Shown here one piece after another: positions 12,288-23,063 of a stretch of DNA of 64,000 bases; position 1 is the first letter of the stretch; every line of letters starts with the position of its first letter. The notes beneath the pieces were generated by a model, which worked only from the letters and a program-made list of their open reading frames with translations, was not told the DNA's origin and made no database searches. The translations under genes and the position numbers were made by a program. The stretch is from Octopus bimaculoides (Eukaryota): assembly GCF_001194135.2 (NCBI RefSeq), contig NC_068991.1, forward strand, positions 44,128,944-44,192,943, in the 5' to 3' direction.

Positions 12288-13090
12288 AAGAGAGAGAGAG
12301 AGAGAGATGTGTTGATGAGAACAGGGGCTAGCTCTTGGGCACATTGTCTGAGGGTAATGTTTAAGGAAGGGATGTTGGGATTTGTCAGGGCCAAAAGCTT
12401 CACGGGTTTCAAGTGACCAAAGGTAAGCCTGGTGGTGTAAAAAGAGATATTTTTCAAAAGAATTTACATAGTGTGAACATTTTGCATTCAAATTACCCCT
12501 TCTGCAAGTAAAGACCACTTCAGTTCTCACTACTTCACCTGACAAAGAATAAAGGCTAAGGAGGGAAACAGTTGTGATCCTGAGATACCTGGTGAAGGGT
12601 TTCCAGCAATGCAAATGTTGTAGTCATCATCAAGAAAAAAGGCATGCATCATTTTTAAGTAGTTTCTGGTGAGAGCAAAGAATTTTTGATGTTTATTTGT
12701 AATGTTGTGATCACTGGGAAAGGCTTCTTGGCAGTGGGTTAAGAACCCACTGACATACATGAAAGAACAGATGATAGCTCAGTATTGGAACTTGCACTGT
12801 GAAGCACTGCATAATCATGCTACAAGTACTAAACAGAGAGAATACAGATGGACCGAGGAGGGTCTGCTTTCTAGGACATATCAGATGGCTAGAAGCAGGA
12901 CAATGGTGTAAGGATTACGAGATTGGATTTGTAAAAACAGGAGGGTAAAAAAGAGATGCAACATCTGTTGTAGAATATTTAAGAATAAACATATTGTGGA
13001 GATTCCTCAAAGCAAGTCCAAGTGCAATGAGCTACAGCAATGCAAAGCACCTGATACTACCCAGAGAGCATTCTCTAAGTTTATTAGAAC
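10900..13090 (-). mobile_element. Decayed CR1/L2/Jockey-group LINE (RT and C-terminus)
   Basis: Minus-strand peptides LRQCAQELAPVL, NYLPIVLIS, LLNDHQ*GF, VVFDINKAFSCVHH, YINDL..VHSYANNT (YADD site), KAHVEPRMEYCS. Interrupted by (TG)n(AG)n at 12218-12306. Confidence 0.85.
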
Positions 13091-13099
13091 TACTTATCA

Positions 13100-14330
13100 G
13101 TCAGTAGAAGACCTGGGCCAAGCAGTAAACCACAGTGCCCAGGGCCTGTCTGTGTAACCTGCTCATAACAAAAGAAGAGTGGCTGAATCCAAAAGCCCAG
13201 AGACTTTCCATGGAAAAATTATGGTTGAATTTGATGCCAATGGCATTTGGATAGAATTAGATGAGGATCTGAGCAATATCCTGGATAACATCCTGAAAGG
13301 AGATGCAATCAGGGAAATAAAACCATAGTCCAAGTTGTATATCAGGCATGCAATACTGCCTTTGAAGTGAAAAAAAAAAAAAAGCATTAAAAAAAATGAG
13401 TAGCCACATGGTTGGAATTGAGGAAAGGGTTAAAGCTGCAGAAGAAAAAGTGGAAAAAGCTACCTTAAATAAGCTCAGCTCAAAGTTGCAGAAAAACCTG
13501 CTTCAGTTTTGCAGGGAAGAGAGAAGAGAAGTGTGAGCAGAGGAAAGTTTTTCTTAATAAATCCATTCTGGTTTACAGATGACCTCATTACAAAGCTGGA
13601 AGTAGGAGATGGATATATTCTAAGGAAAGAGCAAAGAGTAGAGCGGTAAGTGCATAACAGCCTCCTTTCCAACTGTCAGCACTCTAGCCGCCTAACAGGT
13701 TTTACTCACAGTGAAGTAACGGTAGTGATGACAACGTTTCTGGCATGATCTGCTTCAAGACCAGCTAGTACCACTCGCAAAGTATACAAAAACTTCTCAC
13801 TACAACTTTAGAAGCTAGCAGAACTTTTAAGGATGCTTTGGAAGAAGTAACGGGAATCCTGGGCCTGCAAACTTACTGGGGGCTCCTTTATCCTTAAAAA
13901 ACAGACTTGATCATTTTTCAGGGATACCACATGTTAGATATTGAAGATAAAGTATTCTGGTCCATCATTGCTAAAAGACTAATGTGTCCTCTCGCCAATG
14001 AATGCATTGACAGGAAAGTACAAAAGAAGGAGCCCTTATGGTAATCTGAGTGTCTTGAGCATAACAGTAATCAACCAGCTCGTTAAGGAAGTAAAATTAC
14101 TGCTCTATTTCTTACAGAAGATCAGTCAAAGAAAGAAAAAAAAAATGAAGAAAATCATAAGGGAAATAACATTAGCGATAGAGAAAAGCTCAAGCTGATT
14201 GTGGTTAACAAGAGCTCATAGATGGAACCATTCTGCAGTCGAAGGATAATCTGGTCTTTGTTGCCCCACTCAAGCCAAGCATACAGGATGAGCGAAATGC
14301 TTGCGACTGAGATATCTGCTAAAAATACTG
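13100..14330 (+). mobile_element. Hero-type (R2-superfamily) non-LTR retrotransposon relic with internal deletion
   Basis: Peptides IWIELDEDLSNILDNILKGD, FLINPFWFT, RKVYKNF..LLRMLWKK, LDIEDKVFWSIIAKRL..NECIDRKVQK..ECLEH, then a jump to C-terminal AIEKSSS*LWLTRAHRW. Clade call is from recalled motif patterns. Confidence 0.75.
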
Positions 14331-14363
14331 ACGGGTTCGTAACAATGCGAATGTTTTATTCAC

Positions 14364-14415
14364 CATTCAGAGAAACATTTGCAACCTCTTTAAGTAGTTC
14401 CTGTAATTTCTCAAC
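14364..14415 (-). CDS. Candidate 52-bp exon (VEKLQELLKEVANVSLN)
   Basis: Acceptor gttttgccttaacctgcag|G, donor AATG|gtgaat, helical peptide. No homolog recognised. Confidence 0.3.
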
Positions 14416-16091
14416 CTGCAGGTTAAGGCAAAACATCATAGATGCTTATTTCACCAATGAAATAGGGGATCGAGTAGTACACACACACACACATATACAC
14501 ACACACGCACACTTTAAATTGCGTTAGTTATTCAGCTGAAGCGGTACTGGTGCACCAGCTCAGTATAAAGAGAAATTATACAACAGGTAGTGAAATAGTA
14601 TTAAAACAATTTTCCTTCAGGTTATTCTTGTATTAACTTTGCGTGAAGCATTCGATATCGAAAACTTTTGTCAACCGCCTCTTTTTATTATAGACAAGAT
14701 TAAACCAGTATATGAATAGGTAATCAACTTATTATAAAAAAAATTAATGTTTCCATAGATTTTCTTGCCATTGGTAAAAAAAAAAGGATAAAAAATAACA
14801 TATGCGTGAATATTTAAAGTATTTAGAAGGTAGTAAATCAAGCAAAACTGATGTATTCCTTCTTAGTGCATAAGTTAGCATAAGCGTAATCGCTCTTTCT
14901 ATTAAAATTTATATTTGGAGTGATCTCCCTTTAGCTTTTATTTATATTCTTTTCCGAAGATATTTTTCAGAACTTGTATTGTTCAGCTCTCTCTCTCTCT
15001 CTCTGTATACGTGTAGGTGTGTGTGTATGTGTATCTGTCTGTGCGTGTATGTGTATAGATATATGCATGATTATATATATATATATNNNNNNNNNNNNNN
15101 NNNNNNNNNNNNNNNNNNNNNNNNNNNNNNNNNNNNNNNNNNNNNNNNNNNNNNNNNNNNNNNNNNNNNNNNNNNNNNNNNNNNNNNNNNNNNNNNNNNN
15201 NNNNNNNNNNNNNNNNNNNNNNNNNNNNNNNNNNNNNNNNNNNNNNNNNNNNNNNNNNNNNNNNNNNNNNNNNNNNNNNNNNNNNNNNNNNNNNNNNNNN
15301 NNNNNNNNNNNNNNNNNNNNNNNNNNNNNNNNNNNNNNNNNNNNNNNNNNNNNNNNNNNNNNNNNNNNNNNNNNNNNNNNNNNNNNNNNNNNNNNNNNNN
15401 NNNNNNNNNNNNNNNNNNNNNNNNNNNNNNNNNNNNNNNNNNNNNNNNNNNNNNNNNNNNNNNNNNNNNNNNNNNNNNNNNNNNNNNNNNNNNNNNNNNN
15501 NNNNNNNNNNNNNNNNNNNNNNNNNNNNNNNNNNNNNNNNNNNNNNNNNNNNNNNNNNNNNNNNNNNNNNNNNNNNNNNNNNNNNNNNNNNNNNNNNNNN
15601 NNNNNNNNNNNNNNNNNNNNNNNNNNNNNNNNNNNNNNNNNNNNNNNNNNNNNNNNNNNNNNNNNNNNNNNNNNNNNNNNNNNNNNNNNNNNNNNNNNNN
15701 NNNNNNNNNNNNNNNNNNNNNNNNNNNNNNNNNNNNNNNNNNNNNNNNNNNNNNNNNNNNNNNNNNNNNNNNNNNNNNNNNNNNNNNNNNNNNNNNNNNN
15801 NNNNNNNNNNNNNNNNNNNNNNNNNNNNNNNNNNNNNNNNNNNNNNNNNNNNNNNNNNNNNNNNNNNNNNNNNNNNNNNNNNNNNNNNNNNNNNNNNNNN
15901 NNNNNNNNNNNNNNNNNNNNNNNNNNNNNNNNNNNNNNNNNNNNNNNNNNNNNNNNNNNNNNNNNNNNNNNNNNNNNNNNNNNNNNNNNNNNNNNNNNNN
16001 NNNNNNNNNGCTAGCAGCCATGGAAACAAGAGACCAGTACTCTATATCTGAATTGAGTACTTCATCTCAACAACGTTATTTAAAAATGGAG

Positions 16092-16132
<41 letters not shown>

Positions 16133-16232
16133 ATATAATTTTATAGTATATCATAAACATTTATCCACACTCACATACACAAATATGTATGTATATGTGT
16201 ATGTATATATATGTGTGTGTGTATGTATGTAT

Positions 16233-16264
<32 letters not shown>

Positions 16265-16267
16265 AAT

Positions 16268-16600
16268 ATTAAGGATTCAAATGAATCAGGTACTTAAATG
16301 ATAGGCAACAGGTTGAGCTGAATTAACTTGTATAACAGCACTTTTATTCAAATAAATATAACAGATTCTGAAGTACATCTAGTGAAATATTCAGGTTATG
16401 TATCCAGAGAATTTAACCCTTATGAGTATTTTAATAGCCTGGGGGCTAATCCAAAAGTGTAAGTTGTATTGGTCGTATGGTATTTGGTATACTCCAGAAT
16501 ATCTGATGGGTTGGGATTCCAGTGAGGTGTATTATGAACAAATAAAAAACAAACAATGGATAAGTGTCATTTCATTACAATTATTTCCAACGGACTTTTT
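16268..16600 (-). mobile_element. Penelope-type pLTR-like repeat (same family as 55213-55530)
   Basis: Shares aaggattca..gaatcaggtactt and tggataa..gtca..tcattaca with 55213-55530. Has a degenerate GAAACAGCTGTA (tacaattatttc at 16576-16587) and abuts a TA/CA run. Confidence 0.45.
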
Positions 16601-16638
16601 TAAATAGATTAATGAGTACATTACATCATAACTAAAAG

Positions 16639-16751
16639 AAACGCTTTCTTCATATTGTGCATAACATTTCAAACAAAATAAGAACAACACTTGACCATAG
16701 CGTTGTTCTTATATTGTTTGAAATGTTATGTATAATCTGAAGAAAGCGTTT
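16639..16751. repeat. Inverted repeat, 50-bp arms, 13-nt loop
   Basis: aaacgctttcttca..aagaacaac (16639-16688) pairs with gttgttctt..tgaagaaagcgttt (16702-16751), about 4 differences. Confidence 0.9.
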
Positions 16752-16929
16752 TTTTTCTTTTTTATCCATCATTATTTATTTGTGTGTGTGTGTGTGTGTA
16801 TAAATCGGAAAAACAGAAAATTTGTTAAAGCAGAATTTCTGCACAGTTTTTGAATTCATGTGAATTGAAGCAGTGTTGCTTTCTTGCACTTAACATTCTC
16901 TTCCTTATACTTGTTTGCAATGCTTTTTG

Positions 16930-17420
16930 AGCATTCTCCAGACAAACCAAAATACTATTTTGATGGTGGCCTATTTAACATAACCAGATTTTGATCTCAT
17001 CAACTTACCTGCATCCAAAACATATCAGAATTTCAATCCACTGATGACAATGCTAATCTTGTCACACACCTCCAGAACTCCAACAATCAATCAATAACTT
17101 TAGTCATGTATATGATCATTTCAGCGTCATTGTGAATATCAATAAGACTATCAATAAGATTAAAGTCCTTGCCCAACTTGCTTCAAAAACCAACCTCCCT
17201 GATTTCAATATCTTTATCTCTGATATATTTATTGAATTAGTTGACCACTTTCTCTACCTTGGCATTATACTTCCCAACAAATATATTTTGCAAAAGGGTT
17301 TGGATCAGCCCATTCAGTACCTGGAAAACTAGCAGAAATGGTAAACAAACATCTAACCTCAAAAGAAATCTGCTGAACTGTCATGAACTCAGCATTATTA
17401 TACAATTGTAGAATTATGAA
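16930..17420 (+). pseudogene. RTE (BovB-like) RT relic
   Basis: DGGLFNITRF, ISEFQSTDD (ADD site), VNINKT..KVLAQ, ELVDHFLYLGIIL. Confidence 0.65.
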
Positions 17421-17605
17421 TATTTTATTGTCAGTCCAGTAAAAATCTCCACACCATCAATGATATACATATATATATATATATATATAAACATATATGC
17501 TTAAAAAGTTAAAGAAGTGATTTTTAAATTCTCATTCGCAGAATAATGCTAATAATATAGCCTGAACAGGATAAACTACCCCTATTTTGCAGAGAAAAAT
17601 GTAGG

Positions 17606-17681
17606 TGGCTAGCTGTGGACTCAAACTCACATCCCCGTGATTACGCGTCACGATGCTTTGACCGATTAAGCTAAACTACCC
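17606..17681 (-). ncRNA. tRNA-like sequence (pseudo-tRNA or SINE head; anticodon loop CGCGTAA, CGT = Thr-like)
   Basis: A-box TAGCTTAATCGG, D-stem GCTT/AAGC, anticodon stem CGTGA/TCACG, B-box-like GTTTGAGTCC. U33 is replaced and the T and acceptor stems are imperfect, so it is not a functional tRNA. Confidence 0.55.
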
Positions 17682-17899
17682 ACTACAAATTCCTCTGCAA
17701 ATTTAAGATATATAAATCTCGCTTTATGAGATGCTCTCATATGTTAAATTCAAATTACGACAAACGTAAAAGTATCTAAATGTAGGTTTTTCCTACCAAT
17801 CAATTACTTTCAAAGACGAGCAGGGCTTTGCTAGAATATTATGTCCGGCACTGGACCTTTCTTGAGTAGGACAAATATGCTTGTAAACCACTCTTTAAA

Positions 17900-18260
17900 A
17901 AGTTACTCAGTCATCCAACCCTTCTTATTTGAATGCCAAAATTAGATGTAAATTAATCTTTGCATAACCCTTAGAAGACCTTGAACTTTTTGAGTGATAC
18001 ATGAGTCCGGGGCTTTAACTTCATATCTCTAGTAGCATTTCCTCCCAAAAGAAGTGTCAGATGATTTTTAGAAGCTTTAAATCTTGGTGTTGATTTTGCT
18101 TCTCGAAAAATAAAAGTTCTAGCAGGTTTGAACTACCATCTTGCTTATCAGCACATTATGTTGAGTTTGATCTTCAAGGTCTGTCTTCCAACCTTACATT
18201 AGATTTATGAAAAAATAAGGTCCAAGCAATTTAATGGAGTAACTTCTTGAGTACTTGACT
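17900..18260 (-). pseudogene. pogo/Tigger DDE transposase relic
   Basis: REAKSTPRFKASKNHLTLLLGGNATRDMKLKP matches the Tigger PGFKAxKDRLTLLLGGNAAGDxKLKP motif. Confidence 0.75.
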
Positions 18261-19339
18261 TTCTTTCTGTTGTTGTATTGTTATCACTGTACATGTTGTA
18301 AGCTTTAATGTTTTAGCAATGTGGCTGTTTTTGTCTCCTGCATTATGCCTTTTTAAAAAATCATTTTATGGTTCCTTTGCACACTATTAACTTCAGTTTT
18401 ACTTGATGGTTTCTTTCCAGACATTTTGAATTGCAGGTAAATCCAGTGGTGGTGGCAATCAACAATTATCCACAAAAAACATGTAATAAAAAAATAGTGC
18501 TAGGAACAAACTGCTTTGTGAGAGCAAAAAGCTGATAACTTATTTCTATGGATGTGAAAATGGAAATAAGATGAAAGAGTAAAAGAGTGAGGTGGGAAGA
18601 AATACTATATGATAACTGTTAGCTGAAAGGTTACTAAATTCATAAGAATTTCACTTCATGCACCTTTGACTTGAGCCATTAAAAACTTCACACTCTATTC
18701 TCTCTCTCTTACAAACACCCACCCACCCACCNNNNNNNNNNNNNNNNNNNNNNNNNNNNNNNNNNNNNNNNNNNNNNNNNNNNNNNNNNNNNNNNNNNNN
18801 NNNNNNNNNNNNNNNNNNNNNNNNNNNNNNNNNNNNNNNNNNNNNNNNNNNNNNNNNNNNNNNNNNNNNNNNNNNNNNNNNNNNNNNNNNNNNNNNNNNN
18901 NNNNNNNNNNNNNNNNNNNNNNNNNNNNNNNNNNNNNNNNNNNNNNNNNNNNNNNNNNNNNNNNNNNNNNNNNNNNNNNNNNNNNNNNNNNNNNNNNNNN
19001 NNNNNNNNNNNNNNNNNNNNNNNNNNNNNNNNNNNNNNNNNNNNNNNNNNNNNNNNNNNNNNNNNNNNNNNNNNNNNNNNNNNNNNNNNNNNNNNNNNNN
19101 NNNNNNNNNNNNNNNNNNNNNNNNNNNNNNTATATATATATATATATATATATATATTGTATAATTCAAACATGCAAGCATAATCGCTTCCATGCTGAAA
19201 TTAACACTACATGAAGAAGTTTGCAAAACAGCCCTAATTCTAAGGATGTCACATGGTTAAATAAATATGTATACCTCCTACTGTTTATGGTTTATATATA
19301 CATGCTAACACACACACACAAACCTAATATAATATACTC

Positions 19340-20255
19340 ACATACATACATACATATATGTTCAATTCTTTCTCCTTCCCTCTTGGCCCCTCTAAACTTC
19401 TCTTCACTCTCGACATCCAGAGCCTTTACACAATGATCCCTCACCACAAGTGGCTGCGTGCACTCCAACATTTCCATGACCTTCAATCCAACCCCCAATC
19501 TGACACATCCACATTTGTTCATCTGGCCGAACTTGTCCTCTCACTCAACTGCTTCTCATTCTCTGGTGATTTCTACCAGCAAGTCTTAGGAGTGGCCATA
19601 GGAACGAGAATGGGCCCAACTATGCGAACCTGTCCGTTGGCTACAATGAGGCCCAAATATTCTCAAGTTTCACTGTCCTACTCCCGAACTATACAGCCAT
19701 TATATTGACGACTGTATCGGTGTGACCTCACTCTCTCATGAACATCTAGACTCCTTCCTCTCTTTTGTCAAATCTTTCCATCCTGCCCTCCACTTCTCCT
19801 GCACTATCTCTGACACCTCTGTCTCCTTTCTTGACATTTCAGTCAGCATTCATCACTCCACTCTCACCACCTCCATCCACTACAAACACACAGACTCACA
19901 CTCATACCTCAACTTCTCCTCCTCCCACCCTAAACATACCAAGCTCTCCATCCCCTATTCCCAATTCCTCTGTCTATGCAGGCTCTGTAGTGATGACCAT
20001 GATTTTGAGACTCAGTCTCAATTCATGGCACACCACTTCATCCTACCTGGATATCTCCTCACCACTATCCACACCGCCCTTGCCAGAGCATGTTCTGTGG
20101 ACCGTGCATCTGCTCTCTCCCCCCGAACCCGCCCTTCCATCTCCCGCATCCCGTTTCTCCTCACTACCACCCCACCACCCTACCTCTCCAACGCACCATT
20201 CTCCAAGTCTTCCGGCGACTCCAGTCCGACCCCTCCACTTCGCACATCTTCCCTA
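19340..20255 (+). mobile_element. Penelope-like element reverse transcriptase (frameshifted; runs into gap)
   Basis: LFTLDIQSLYTMIPH, ELVLSLNCFSFSGDFYQQVLGVAIGTRMGP, NYANL, YIDD at 19701-19712, VSFLDISV, SYLNFSSSHPKHTKLSIPYSQFL. C-rich, Neptune-like. Confidence 0.92.
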
Positions 20256-21219
20256 NNNNNNNNNNNNNNNNNNNNNNNNNNNNNNNNNNNNNNNNNNNNN
20301 NNNNNNNNNNNNNNNNNNNNNNNNNNNNNNNNNNNNNNNNNNNNNNNNNNNNNNNNNNNNNNNNNNNNNNNNNNNNNNNNNNNNNNNNNNNNNNNNNNNN
20401 NNNNNNNNNNNNNNNNNNNNNNNNNNNNNNNNNNNNNNNNNNNNNNNNNNNNNNNNNNNNNNNNNNNNNNNNNNNNNNNNNNNNNNNNNNNNNNNNNNNN
20501 NNNNNNNNNNNNNNNNNNNNNNNNNNNNNNNNNNNNNNNNNNNNNNNNNNNNNNNNNNNNNNNNNNNNNNNNNNNNNNNNNNNNNNNNNNNNNNNNNNNN
20601 NNNNNNNNNNNNNNNNNNNNNNNNNNNNNNNNNNNNNNNNNNNNNNNNNNNNNNNNNNNNNNNNNNNNNNNNNNNNNNNNNNNNNNNNNNNNNNNNNNNN
20701 NNNNNNNNNNNNNNNNNNNNNNNNNNNNNNNNNNNNNNNNNNNNNNNNNNNNNNNNNNNNNNNNNNNNNNNNNNNNNNNNNNNNNNNNNNNNNNNNNNNN
20801 NNNNNNNNNNNNNNNNNNNNNNNNNNNNNNNNNNNNNNNNNNNNNNNNNNNNNNNNNNNNNNNNNNNNNNNNNNNNNNNNNNNNNNNNNNNNNNNNNNNN
20901 NNNNNNNNNNNNNNNNNNNNNNNNNNNNNNNNNNNNNNNNNNNNNNNNNNNNNNNNNNNNNNNNNNNNNNNNNNNNNNNNNNNNNNNNNNNNNNNNNNNN
21001 NNNNNNNNNNNNNNNNNNNNNNNNNNNNNNNNNNNNNNNNNNNNNNNNNNNNNNNNNNNNNNNNNNNNNNNNNNNNNNNNNNNNNNNNNNNNNNNNNNNN
21101 NNNNNNNNNNNNNNNNNNNNNNNNNNNNNNNNNNNNNNNNNNNNNNNNNNNNNNNNNNNNNNNNNNNNNNNNNNNNNNNNNNNNNNNNNNNNNNNNNNNN
21201 NNNNNNNNNNNNNNNNNNN

Positions 21220-21259
<40 letters not shown>

Positions 21260-21262
<3 letters not shown>

Positions 21263-21480
21263 AGAGGTTAAATTAGCCTTGTTAAGAAATGGTATCATCC
21301 AATGAATTACTGGTTCAATACCTAATATTTGTTGTGAATAATAACATTCACAAAACAATAGGTTTATATATAAACTATGGTTAATAATCATTCAAAAGAA
21401 AATAAGAAAACTGAGATATAGCATTTAATAAAAATTCAAGCATAGTCCCTTACAGCTGTTTCAATTAAGCTTAAAAAGAT
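21260..21480 (-). mobile_element. pLTR-like repeat containing GAAACAGCTGTA
   Basis: tacagctgtttc at 21451-21462, with flanks loosely similar to 961-1032. Starts at a TA run. Confidence 0.35.
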
Positions 21481-22129
21481 TAAATAGCAATTATTTAAAT
21501 TGTTATATTAGGAAAAGTCTCTTCAAATGGTAGGAAAAAGATATATCGTTAGGCTATAGGAGAAGGCACACACCCAAGATGTCACAGAATGGGACTGAAT
21601 CTGGAACCATGTGGTTGGGAAGCAAAATTCTTACCACACAGCCACACACATACACAAACACATAATGCATATCTATATACACATTTGTATTCATATATGC
21701 ACATGCCAGCACTAGAAAAACTATTGAGCAAAATAAGCACGTGCTTAGGGCAACAAGGGAAGGGGGACACCACAGAAATGAAAAATGGTTTATGGCACAA
21801 AAGAAATAATTCTAAACTTATTAAAATAATATTCTAAGTGATTTATATGATCTGAGAAATTTATTTTATGGGCTATTATTGTTTATATTTTAAATTACAT
21901 ATGTAGAGGCACCTGAATCTTTGAAGTACTTAGGGCCTTTTTGAGTCCTAATCTGGCCCTGCACACCCCAACATATATATGTATGTATGTATGTATGTAT
22001 GGAAGGATGGATGTATATATGTATGTATGTAGTCGAGATACAGCTGGCAATTTGAACATACTCCTTTTCATCTGTCCACTGAGGGTCACATGAATTTTGA
22101 TACGTGTGTTTGTGTATGTGTGTGTGTGT

Positions 22130-23028
22130 GTGTGTTTGTGCGCGCGCGAAGAAAGAAACTTATTTAATCATTGCCTACTACTATATTACTTTGCATTACT
22201 CAATAACTCGCTTTAGCCAAAGCGCGTTGCGAACTGGGACCGCAACGCCTTCGCTATTGTTATCTGAATTTTTTCTCTAAACATTTTCCTTTTCCTTGGA
22301 AGTACCTCCACTTTCATCTCCTTAATAAATTTAGGAATTTATGCTTTTGCAATACACACAACAAGCACGCATCTATAAAAATTATCTACAGTTTATGCGG
22401 CAGTATATTTCTTTCTTTAATAATCAACTGAAGATCACGTTGAAAATAGCACATTCCGACAGTATATTTTCTGTGTCGAATTGTTTTTACTACTTAACAA
22501 ATCACGCAACTATTTCTTGGCCTTTCACAGAGATTACTCTTTGAAACAAGAGTTTTTCTCTTTGCAAAATAGCTGTCAGCTGTAAAAATACTGCAACCGG
22601 ATCATTCTACATGCTAATTGAGGAAGGTCAATTAGCAAGCAAGTTACGAAATCGAAGGATTGTCAGCTGTTCGACACACTGAATTTCATCAACCTCAAAC
22701 ACACACACATCCGAAGAAAATAAACTTGATGTGATTTATGTGACTTGTACATGCTTTATCCATCCATCCGCACATACGTACATACATTCCCACATACATA
22801 CATGCATACATATGTAAAGCACCTCCAAGTCACGCAAACACACCCTTACATTGAGGGTGGGAGATTTATACACAAACATAAACAACAGTGTCGTCAATTC
22901 ACCCTCCGCTGCTGTACTCGATGATTAATTAGAGTATCAGCTGATATTACAGCACATGGAGTTGACAAAATATCTTATTAATAGCAATTTAACTGTATGT
23001 GCGTGAGTGTGTGTACACACACACACAC

Positions 23029-23063
<35 letters not shown>

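Noticed and set aside
18421-18436. 16-bp micro-exon-like segment with good splice signals
   Set aside because: No partner exons, and such motifs arise by chance in 64 kb.
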